A DNA stretch of 63,074 bases, counting the filler, from Sanchytrium tribonematis (taxonomy: Eukaryota), in assembly GCA_018985235.1 (NCBI GenBank). It is 14 parts of 14 records of this genome, joined end to end, with 100 filler letters (N's around TTAATTAATTAA, not from the genome) between each part and the next. Parts side by side here need not be neighbours in the genome. Positions count along the whole stretch, not along the records: positions 1 to 4,492 come from JADGIG010000718.1; positions 4,593 to 9,078 come from JADGIG010000719.1; positions 9,179 to 13,641 come from JADGIG010000720.1; 11 more parts are not named here. One strand, given 5' to 3'. Position numbers and translations under genes: made by a program. Positions within the stretch are counted from its first letter, which is position 1, and the number at the start of each line of letters is the position of its first letter. Shown here piece after piece: positions 1 through 9,183 of this stretch. The notes beneath the pieces were generated by a model. That model did no database searches. It was not told the origin of the DNA and worked only from the letters and a program-made list of their open reading frames with translations.

Positions 1-2058
1 GCTAGGAAGACCATCCAGATTAATAAAACCAATCCGAATGTTGTCAATTTCTACCAATTCAATTGGTTTATGCATTTGTATTTGTTTTAAACTAATTTGA
101 AGATGATTCGCGTAAACAATCCTGGAATTGCGGTCTCTTAGATTTGAAGGTGCAGGATTGGTAGAGGATTCCACGTTGTTACCAGCAAGAATGTGAAATG
201 GATTACGATTTCGGGTCCCGCCATTCATTTTGCCGGTTAAGAATAGAACATCGAGATTCTTTGGTTTATATTTATGTTGTCTAATTCTACGACTAATTGA
301 CAGTAATCTCAACTTACCATTAAACATCCAGGATGGAACAATGTCTGCCAAACAAGTCCCTGCTTTAAATTGTATTATATATTTTTGTTTAAGTGTAAAT
401 GCCCGAATCTCTAAAAGACAATTTTGGTGTGAATTGAGATGGATGCAAGGATGTGTTTTCGAAATCAAATCGAATAATGAAAAAGAATTATTGATTTTGT
501 GATAAGATTGTAATTGATTTAATAAGAAAATGGATAATTGGTGCATTTCACAGGCTTGTTTGAAGGAACTGTTGATGCAAACATTATTAAATTTGATGCC
601 GTATTTTGATCCAAACTCTCCCAAAATGTGATCGGGCAATAATTGTTCCAATTCAATGAATTTGGGGACTATCAAATTGTATTTTTCTCCAAAAATCTCG
701 CAAGAAATTTCAGCATGTCTGGGATTTTCAGGAATGAGTATTACGGAAGAATTTGGTTCAATTACCAACGATGTGTTAGTCACTTCTCTTAAATTTGAGA
801 CACATCTTGAGATTTGAAATTCATCTAAGAGCATCTCAAATGTGGTTTTATAATCAAGAGAGATCTGTTTTGATATCCCGTCATGAGTCAACTTGATTTG
901 TTTCAAATTTCGATTGTTTTGATTTGGTTTAATGGTGACATTATCATTGGTTGCTGAGCCATCACCCATGTCATTGAGATTATCCAAAACTTGATTTAAA
1001 TCTCCATCTGAACTATTATCTGAATCCATCCCATGCATTGAATTTGATTGAGAATTTTTAAATGTCTCAGCAAGACTGCGAATTTTCACTTTTTGTCTCT
1101 TTGAAGTTTCGATGTCCGTTTTAACTTTCAACAAATAACGACATGCTAGGAAGTTATCGTCTAGCAATTCAGCAATTCTTAAATAAAATTTGCTTACTTC
1201 ATTGGAGTACTTATTGTCCCACTTGCTAGTCTGAATTTGATAAGCTAAAGTGGCCGTCATATATTGTAATCGTTTTAATTCGCGAATTTTGATGTCTGAA
1301 TTTGATTGAAGATGAGAAATCCAGTCCCGATGTGAATAGATCTTTAATCGGTGGTACTGGGGAAGATCGGAATCTTTTTTAAAAGACTTGAGTGCGTTAA
1401 CAACGTTATTTGATTTCGATTTTACCATTATCACCTCCATCAGCTGATTTTGATGAATAAACTGAACTTGTGGAATAAGTTTGGTGTCTATGCCTGCCTG
1501 TGCAGCAATTGCAACTTTAATAGAATTGCAATTAACAAATCCATTCGGGTCAACATCATGAAATGGCATTCCGGACACGATAATTTGATCTAGAATAGAG
1601 GATTTATCACCAGAAGCGTGCATTTGAAGATGCTTTTTGGCTTTGTCATTGACTGGACTGTTGTTGTGTATCATGTGTAAACCGGAAAAGTCAAATTTAT
1701 GTAAAACGATATCTGTTGTACTTGTTTCAAATATCTGTGATTGGTTCCAAGAAATGCAAGGAGAATGAGTTATTTTTGATTGGATAAAAGGAAAATCACG
1801 GTGGGGCGGCAATTTACAGATTTTCGAAATTTTTACGATCAAGTTATTTTCATTTAAAATGTCCTTTTTGACTAAATTTGCAATTTTGAGTCGATTTTTG
1901 GATATTTTAGGATGGAATTGTTTAGATTGTTTGTAGATTTGTGGTTCACATGAAACTGATTTGCGGGAACAAAAAGGAGTAGGTTTCATTCCATTTACAT
2001 TGTTATCTGTCATAATCTTCTTAAAAGCATATCGTAAACTTGCTTGCAAAACATCCAT
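1..2058 (-). mobile_element. Probable APE-type non-LTR retrotransposon, 5' part: single ORF of at least 686 aa (ORF1-like region, ubiquitin-like domain(s), start of APE endonuclease), running off the contig end
   Basis: I checked codon by codon: no stop from ATG 2058 to position 1 (absent from the ORF track because it has no stop). It ends IRIGFINLDGLPS, matching APE/EEP motif I (hxhxxxNhxGh). QIIVSGMP...VIMVK...LKIY resembles LINE ORF1 RRM-type motifs. LDVLFLTGKMNGG resembles a Ubl C-terminus. Confidence 0.65.
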
Positions 2059-3218
2059 GCGAAATACTCATTTTTGGTGAATTTTTGGTTCTCACTAGTG
2101 TTTGAAATGCGGTCAAGTTGTTCTAATAACTTTGCTTTTGTTTGGGGTACCACAAAAAATTTTAAAACACACAAATTCTTTTCAAGATCACTTTATTTTC
2201 TAATTACTTAGGCAATATCTGTTATCACACCAATAAAGCATTTCAAAACTATTACTTTCACGCCAATTGGTGGCGAAACTGTGTCACCATTGACTTGAAA
2301 AAATTATTCAAATTTCACAGAAACTTAAAATTAATCAAATACGATGCAAGTATCAACAATTCTCTTAATGATGACTCCAATTATAATCTCATTATCTTGC
2401 ATTCACCTTCAATATCAATTATTAAACATCAATGAGTACCTAGCAGCCAAGAAATTAAAGAGTATCTAAATTTACATCCAGAATATCATATTGAATGAAC
2501 AGCATATAAATCCAATAAATTTATTAAATATATGCTGCCTTGATTCCAAACAACCTGTCACCTATTTTACTATTTGAAATCCATGTTTGACATGAACTAC
2601 TTCGCTGATTTTAAATCGCAATCCAGACTTGATATAATCCATCTGACTCATATTAAGTCACCATCTATCCTCATAAATATTATCGTTTACTAAAAGGACC
2701 ATTTGGAGGATCTAAACAAAGAGATTTGATCTTAAGTGAAGAAAATTCAACAAATATGAGAGTGCTGATGATAAAATAATAATAGACTCAATAAATGATA
2801 TTTACTGTTCTGCATTACCTTCCGAAAGAAATATGAATCAAGATACTGCTCCTAAAAGAACCAAAACTAGTGAATTTTTCTCATCATATTCAAATACGGA
2901 TTCTACAGATCCTCCAATCAGGGAGTTCTGGTTCATAAAGTAGCACGTTCTGCATCAGAATCAAAATTATACAGATTAACATGAAAAGTTTTATCGCCTA
3001 ATTCATCAGCTTCAAACTGCTTTGATTTGCTAACAATTTCATTGATGCAAACATTCGCTAAAGATTCATAATAAGCTGCAATAAAACCTTCACCTAATCT
3101 TTCATGTGTTCCGAGATAGGTATCTTCTGGTCCCCAGTCCGTTGTATATTGAGTTATTAAACCACCTGACTCTAGCGCTTGGTTGATTTGAGTAAATATT
3201 AATTTCAGAATCTCCTAA

Positions 3219-4239
3219 GGTTGGTTTGGCCCCAACCCCACTTAAGCGACTTTTGTTTCTAGTTCTATGCTGTCTATCAAATAAATATATTTCACGACGA
3301 AGCTCTGGTTATTTTTTAATCCACATTTGTATTGTTGAAATAGTGGTAGTCAGTTCTTCTTCTTGAAGGGTTTTAGAAGCGTTATTGCCATTCTCATGAT
3401 ATTTATCAATGAATTTTGGCTTCTGCTTCATGGTGAACTTTTTACGTATTCCTTTAGATTTATGTTTGCCGATTGGGAGGTTACCAGATGTCATGAAAAA
3501 TAAAAATAAAAAATTCAATTTCAATGCAATTACAGACTCCGATGCATGGATTAACTTTAGATTTTACAAATCAGACATCTGTGAATTGCAGGATTTACTG
3601 GAAATCCCTAGCACAACTAAATTATCTAATGGTTCAGTAGAATCCGGATTAGTTTGTTTATGTGTATTTTTAAAAAGAATGTCTTACACGAACAGATTAA
3701 GCGACTTGTTAGTATATTTTGGAATAGAGCAGTCCAAAGTAAGCCGTATTTGTGATTTTGTGCTTAATCATATTTATTATAACTTCAAATGGCTTCTTGA
3801 TTTCCCCGAACATCTTTTTACCCATGATTATATCACTCTCGCTCAAAATCAGCTTGGATTAGAGCATGCTGTAATTGGATTTATTGACGGTACGGTCAGA
3901 TTTATTCCACGCCCATCAGTGAATCAACGACTTATGTATAATGGTCATAAACGTCACCACGCATTAAAATATCAATCTTGCATTTTGTGGAATGGGCTTA
4001 TTATTCATTTGAGTGAAAAGCATGATATATCAATATTACGTGCATTTGATTTGTTATCAAAATTAGAACATTTTCAAAACATATTTCCAAATATCAAACT
4101 ATTTGTATATGGTGACCCAGCTTATCAAGTTGGAAAACATATCATTTCGCCCTTCAAAACAACAAGCAACACCCGTGAAATGCGATTGTTTAATACTTGC
4201 ATGAGTTCTTTTCGAATCTGTGTAGAATGGGGCTTTGGA
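3219..4239 (+). mobile_element. PIF/Harbinger DNA transposon remnant with 3'-truncated DDE_Tnp_4 transposase (ORF from about 3409)
   Basis: Motifs GFIDGT, YNGHKRHHALKYQ, HD, YGDPAY, FN..MS..RICVEWGFG. The segment before HD (HLSEKHD) looks shortened, and homology stops abruptly at the GAA run. Candidate left end TAA|GGTTGGTTTGG at 3216-3229. Confidence 0.85.
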
Positions 4240-4290
4240 GAAGAAGAAGAAGAAGAAGAAGAAGAAGAAGAAGAAGAAGAAGAAGAAGAA
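4240..4290 (+). repeat. (GAA)17 / (TTC)17 microsatellite
   Basis: Perfect 17-unit repeat read directly. Confidence 0.97.
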
Positions 4291-4368
4291 GGTATTTACT
4301 AACAAAACAATGTCATGGCTTTGTATTCAATCCTATAATAAATCACTCCTTCTTCGCTATATACATAT

Positions 4369-4491
4369 TTACATAAAAGGCGATCCAAATAAATTATTCA
4401 AGTAATATTTGTCATTTGAATAATCTGTCTGCAAGTGTAATCCATACACATAACGCATTGGACCATAAACTCCTACTTCACTAGCATCAAA
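4369..4491 (-). CDS. 3' end (40 codons) of an unknown ORF followed by 78 nt and the (TTC)17 tract; possible retroelement 3' terminus
   Basis: Open frame FDASEVGVYGPMRYVYGLHLQTDYSNDKYYLNNLFGSPFM* from the contig edge. Confidence 0.4.
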   Translation of the reverse strand, partial: FDASEVGVYGPMRYVYGLHLQTDYSNDKYYLNNLFGSPFM

Positions 4492-4492
4492 T

Positions 4493-4592
4493 NNNNNNNN
4501 NNNNNNNNNNNNNNNNNNNNNNNNNNNNNNNNNNNNTTAATTAATTAANNNNNNNNNNNNNNNNNNNNNNNNNNNNNNNNNNNNNNNNNNNN
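4493..4592. other. Artificial contig linker N44-TTAATTAATTAA-N44; also at 9079, 13642, 18185, 22727, 27253, 31768, 36274, 40763, 45242, 49713, 54169, 58623
   Basis: Identical 100-nt spacer with stops in all six frames; contig lengths fall steadily from 4492 to 4352. Confidence 0.98.
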
Positions 4593-4716
4593 TCTTCGCT
4601 TCTACAATTACTTGACAAGGTTTGGGAATAATATTATCTAATGAAGAGCCAGTTTGGACAGAATGATCAACTGTCAAATCTTTTAATTTTGCAACAGCAA
4701 ATGCCAACCATAACAT
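4593..4716 (-). CDS. N-terminus of a probable secreted protein (3' truncated)
   Basis: ATG 4716 MLWLAFAVAKL..., frame open to the gap. Confidence 0.4.
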
Positions 4717-4871
4717 GATTATTTGGATAGTTTGGCTTTTAAAAGTGGAATGGTGCAATTTTTCGTGCTCAATTTGGTCATTTTGATTAAAATGGCGCAA
4801 ATATGGCATGGGCTTCGGATGAGACTTTTGAGCTCTGTTAATGGAAGTTAAAGCAAGAAAGAAAGGCCAGA

Positions 4872-5405
4872 ATGGATGCAGATTTAGTCAAAGTTTTAGA
4901 AGAGAAAGTCAAGACTTTAGAAAAGCAATTGTATTTGACAACTAGAAATTGGCACAAATCTCAAATGGAAAAGAAAACAGAAATTATTGAAAAGATTGTT
5001 AAAGTTGAAAATAATGAGCGAATAAAAAGTTTGGAACAACAATTACAAGCTACTCAAGCATCGAAAAGAAAATACAAAGAAATGGTTACTAGATTTACTG
5101 ATGTATTTGGTGTTGAGTGCAGTGAAATTCAAATAATAGAATTAAACGCAAAACTTCAAAATGTCCAAACCTTGGAAAAGGAAAATAGTTTATTAAAAAT
5201 TAAAGCCCAAGCTGTTCCTAGACAAGCTGAGAAAGAAATCGTGACAGTTGTGGAAGAGAAAATCATCTACATCGAAAAGGAGCCGAAAATAATTATCAAG
5301 GAAAAACTTGTCGAAAATTTATTTCATGAAAATGAGTGTAAACAGGAAATGTTGCGGCTTAGAACTTTACTAGAATTCTATCAAAAAGAATACAATATTA
5401 AGTAA
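4872..5405 (+). CDS. Coiled-coil hypothetical protein
   Basis: 177-aa E/K-rich ORF with heptad pattern. Confidence 0.7.
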   Translation: MDADLVKVLEEKVKTLEKQLYLTTRNWHKSQMEKKTEIIEKIVKVENNERIKSLEQQLQATQASKRKYKEMVTRFTDVFGVECSEIQIIELNAKLQNVQTLEKENSLLKIKAQAVPRQAEKEIVTVVEEKIIYIEKEPKIIIKEKLVENLFHENECKQEMLRLRTLLEFYQKEYNIK

Positions 5406-5606
5406 ATGCATTCCTCTTAACTAATACATATTCAAAATATGAAAAATAAGAGATAGGAATAAAGCATACTCTCAGACGGTTTAGTTATCTTAAAAATTAG
5501 GATTTTGGCGTTATTGCTTATATGGTAAAGTAACGAAATCAACAATCGCAGAGCTCAACTTAACACTATTATTATAATTTGCATTTTTGACAGTTTCCCC
5601 TTTGTA

Positions 5607-6863
5607 ATGCATAAATTGGATCAATTGGAAGCAACATTAAGAGCGTCCAAAAAGCAAAATGATGGTAGAGACGATCAGAACAAATTATTGAGTCTCCAAA
5701 ATTGGAAAAGAAGAATTTTTTATTGGGATTTGAAGCCAGAAGGCTATGAACAATTCTGGGAAGATCCAAATTCATTGAAAGAGACACAACATTTTCCATT
5801 GCCTTTTCATGTAGGAGTAGCCCGTCAGAATGGTGACACTATATTACCGACATTAAATTTAGCATATGGTTTTATTTTGCAACATTTAAAAAAGAGTAAT
5901 TTTAGCTTGCGTGAGGCAAAAAGATTAGTTGTTGTTAAACTGCCGAATATTCAAAAGTCCTTAATGAAAGTGTTTTTGTCTGAACATTTGAATGAACATG
6001 CAATTAATCGAATTACTGATCAATATATCGAATTTGCTACTATGGATGATGCAACAAATGCGTTGAAATTGAATGGTATGGAAATTGGAAATGAGAAAAT
6101 AGAATTTAAAAGGCCTGATGCGTATGTTCCACCTACCAAAGAGGACTTGCTACTGCCAGATCACGTGGAGGAAAGTGAAAATAAGTTAGTCATTACAAAT
6201 ATTCCGCTCAATTTAAATGAAGAACAAATTAAAGAATTATTATCAACAGCTGGTACTTTGAAGGCATTCGAACTTGAAAAAGGACCTCACGGACATCACA
6301 AAGGCCATTGTTATTGTGAATATGAAAATTCAAATATTACTGAAATCGCCATTGCTAATTTGAATGGCATGGAAATATCAAATAGTCGACTAGGAGTTCA
6401 GAGGGCTTTGTTTGGTAGCAAGTCAACATATTGTCCTGCGAAAATGCTTCCTAATGGTATTCCTCAAGGCTATCCAGACTTTAGCAAATTGTTTTCAAAA
6501 TTGGAATGTCCAAAATCCAAAATTTTATGCTGTTATAACTTACTGGATGACAGTGACGTAGTCAATGAAGACACAATTAAGCGAGTCAGGAAAGATGTCA
6601 TGTACGAATTACAAGATTTCAAACCAATTTCAATTGAAATACCAAAACCAAATACTTGGATTGATCCTGATAACCCATCGAGTGTGCTTGAAAAAATTGG
6701 CGCCCCTAAAATATTTGTAGAGTTCAAGGACGAGGTAGATGCAGAAAAAGCAGGAAATCATTTACAAGGAAAAATGTATGAAGAGAGAATGGTTTTGTGT
6801 ACATGGTTTCCGGAGCAATTTTGGAAAGCCAAGAATTTTCATCCATTGGAAAAAGAAGAGTGA
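5607..6863 (+). CDS. U2AF2: Splicing factor U2AF large subunit (U2AF65/Prp2), divergent
   Basis: ULM WDLKPEGYEQ...FPLP, RRM1 ending KRPDAY, RRM2 (LNEEQIKELL..G.LKAF, CEY, LNGMEI..VQRA) and C-terminal UHM (KIFVEF). Confidence 0.9.
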   Translation: MHKLDQLEATLRASKKQNDGRDDQNKLLSLQNWKRRIFYWDLKPEGYEQFWEDPNSLKETQHFPLPFHVGVARQNGDTILPTLNLAYGFILQHLKKSNFSLREAKRLVVVKLPNIQKSLMKVFLSEHLNEHAINRITDQYIEFATMDDATNALKLNGMEIGNEKIEFKRPDAYVPPTKEDLLLPDHVEESENKLVITNIPLNLNEEQIKELLSTAGTLKAFELEKGPHGHHKGHCYCEYENSNITEIAIANLNGMEISNSRLGVQRALFGSKSTYCPAKMLPNGIPQGYPDFSKLFSKLECPKSKILCCYNLLDDSDVVNEDTIKRVRKDVMYELQDFKPISIEIPKPNTWIDPDNPSSVLEKIGAPKIFVEFKDEVDAEKAGNHLQGKMYEERMVLCTWFPEQFWKAKNFHPLEKEE

Positions 6864-6924
6864 ATTATAAAATTTTTTGCCATCTCAACAAAATACACTG
6901 AATAAATTTTATTTATAGATGGTT

Positions 6925-8565
6925 TTATTGCTTTTTTAACAAGTCCCGAAGCTTGTCATTGATATTTCTCAATGACCTTATTTCAACATCTTTCATTAAT
7001 AAATCATCTCGCAACTCTTTCATTTGTATACTGAGTTGATTTAGATGGGTAGCAGCAATTGATTGACTGTCGTTGGTGGAATATTTGCATTTAAATATTA
7101 ATTGTGACAAACAACTAGCCAGATCATCTAAAGCATTTTCAATTGGTTTCAATTGAGAACTAGCCTTGTATTTGTTAACAGCACTAATGTACTCTTGTCT
7201 AATTTGATCTAAACTATTATCACTTACAGTGGATGTGTCATTAAATTCTGTGTCTGCCTTGGTCGTCTCACTGGTCAAGTCTTTCGCAGCTTCTAATTGG
7301 TTTGATAAATCATTTGCATTTTCAATAGACACTTGCAATTGCTCTTGATTGATTAAAAGAAGCTGCTCCAAATGACCATACTCTTCTTCTGAATGTGAAA
7401 TCATTCGCCGCACTTGCCTCATGGCTTCATTTGACGTAGCATTATCAGTGTCCTTAATTTTAGATAACAAAATGTCAATATTGAGTGGCTCGGAGTCGCT
7501 CTCAGAAAATGGTTCCGAGAGGACGTCTTTAGCGACAGAATTAACTACATTTGTACCATTTCTGACGCTAGAGGTGGGACTCGAAGAATCAGACATCTCA
7601 ACTGAAGATGCAATACTTTCTCTCTTTCCTTCAAAACTTAGACCAATTGGGTCAGTCTGCACTTCGATAGAGTTTGTTTCAACGAGAATCTTATCATCCT
7701 TGAACAGGTTTGGATCCGGGCTGGACAAGTCTTCAGATTTAATTCTTACAACGCTGTTGCCATTAGTTTCCACAAAATCAGTCATTGTTTCCATTTCTGA
7801 AGTAAAAGTTTCGGTAAAGGTCTCTTTATCTATCGGCTCAGAATAGTCGGTAAACGATTCTTTGTGAGACAGTTTTGGAAAATCAGTGAACGTTTCTTGA
7901 TGTGACATTTCGACACCGTCAGCCTGGACCTCCCGGTCAACTGTTTCGCAAGTCTTTTGGGTATTGTTGACTAGTTCATAAATCTGGGTTTCTTTTTCGG
8001 TGATAATCTTCATAAATGATTCGATTTCAGAGTTGTGAGACAGTTTTAAATCATCTTCCCTGGCTTTGAATTCTCTCACAACGCTTGTGCTTTCACTTCG
8101 AAGTAATTGGATTTCATTTTGGTGATTTTTTTCTGCATCTTCAAGTTTCTTTTGTATGGAACTTAATTGTGATCTTGAAACTAAAAGTTCATCCTTATGA
8201 GATTGTAGATCAGAATTACTGGTAAGCGACATAGACTTCATGTCAGATAATTCACTGGATGCCAAATCCAACTGTTTAATCAATTCGGTTGATTTTAATT
8301 CCTGCTCTTCCAATTTTATCAACAAGCTTTCATTTTTTTGCTCTTGTACTTGCAACGCATCATTTAAGTAATGATGCAGCTTCTTGAATTTCTCTAATTT
8401 TGTTTCCAAGCTTCCAATCTGCTTATAAAAAAATGCGCTTCGTTTTCTTTCCTTTTCATATTGGCCTATCAATAAGCCATATTTTTCGTCAATCAATACA
8501 TCTTCTTTGGATTCAAGCTCCTGGATAAATCTACTCTTTGGCCTCTCTTTCTTCTTCGTCTCCAT
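6925..8565 (-). CDS. Long coiled-coil protein with central S/T-rich repeats
   Basis: About 546-aa ORF; heptad regions flank ETFTD/ESFTD-like repeats. Confidence 0.75.
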   Translation of the reverse strand: METKKKERPKSRFIQELESKEDVLIDEKYGLLIGQYEKERKRSAFFYKQIGSLETKLEKFKKLHHYLNDALQVQEQKNESLLIKLEEQELKSTELIKQLDLASSELSDMKSMSLTSNSDLQSHKDELLVSRSQLSSIQKKLEDAEKNHQNEIQLLRSESTSVVREFKAREDDLKLSHNSEIESFMKIITEKETQIYELVNNTQKTCETVDREVQADGVEMSHQETFTDFPKLSHKESFTDYSEPIDKETFTETFTSEMETMTDFVETNGNSVVRIKSEDLSSPDPNLFKDDKILVETNSIEVQTDPIGLSFEGKRESIASSVEMSDSSSPTSSVRNGTNVVNSVAKDVLSEPFSESDSEPLNIDILLSKIKDTDNATSNEAMRQVRRMISHSEEEYGHLEQLLLINQEQLQVSIENANDLSNQLEAAKDLTSETTKADTEFNDTSTVSDNSLDQIRQEYISAVNKYKASSQLKPIENALDDLASCLSQLIFKCKYSTNDSQSIAATHLNQLSIQMKELRDDLLMKDVEIRSLRNINDKLRDLLKKQ

Positions 8566-9183
8566 ATCCAAAATTGAAGCAAAAATGAATCATTGTTCAT
8601 TTAATTTGTTGTTATTTTAATTGATTGGCAGAAAATTAATGTGCCACGACATTGCTTGCAAGTGAGCAAGCGAAAGTTTCAAGGCAGCTGTTTGGTTGAA
8701 AAAGACTTATTTTTTTTGTTACCGATCCATAAAATAAGAAAGCGCTTCCTTTTGACACCAATTCTGATAAATCAAGTGATACTTAAAAAATCATTTAGAA
8801 CAAAGGATAATGTTTGCCCAACATGATTTATGGCAGTAAATTTGGCTTTTGATTTTTTTTGAACTAGTTTGTTACTGATTTATTGATTATCAACCTACAA
8901 TCCATCAGTCCTACTAAACAAGCTCAACGATATGTAATAATGGAACGTATAAAAAACTTGTTATTTACAAAAGTACTCTGTGGAGCAGCTAATAGTTTCA
9001 TCATTTTGATTGGATTGGGATTCATCAAATTCAAACAAAACCAGTCAATTTCTCCTTTGAACAAATGGCAAATGTTGANNNNNNNNNNNNNNNNNNNNNN
9101 NNNNNNNNNNNNNNNNNNNNNNTTAATTAATTAANNNNNNNNNNNNNNNNNNNNNNNNNNNNNNNNNNNNNNNNNNNNAATTT

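Noticed and set aside
148..195. 2A-like peptide (HILAGNNVESSTNPAP) just before the APE motif
   Set aside because: The position is suggestive, but it lacks the invariant D-[VI]-E-x-N-P-G-P spacing and the PGP; at most a relic.
1178..1197. 20-nt GTAAG...AAG intron-like segment in the retroelement ORF (splicing would give a short ORF1-only product)
   Set aside because: The ORF is open without it, and it lacks the -6 A and TAG shared by the supported introns; RNA evidence would be needed.
4099..4305. Poly-Glu / poly-Phe ORF ends
   Set aside because: Translation of the (GAA)17 microsatellite, not real protein sequence.
4493..4592. Regularly spaced TTAATTAATTAA repeats about every 4.5 kb
   Set aside because: Artificial linkers; gene neighbourhoods across them are meaningless and ORFs ending in X..LIN are artefacts.
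7421..7846. Antisense ORFs of 60-140 aa opposite long genes throughout the window
   Set aside because: No recognisable motifs; expected shadows of the real CDSs.
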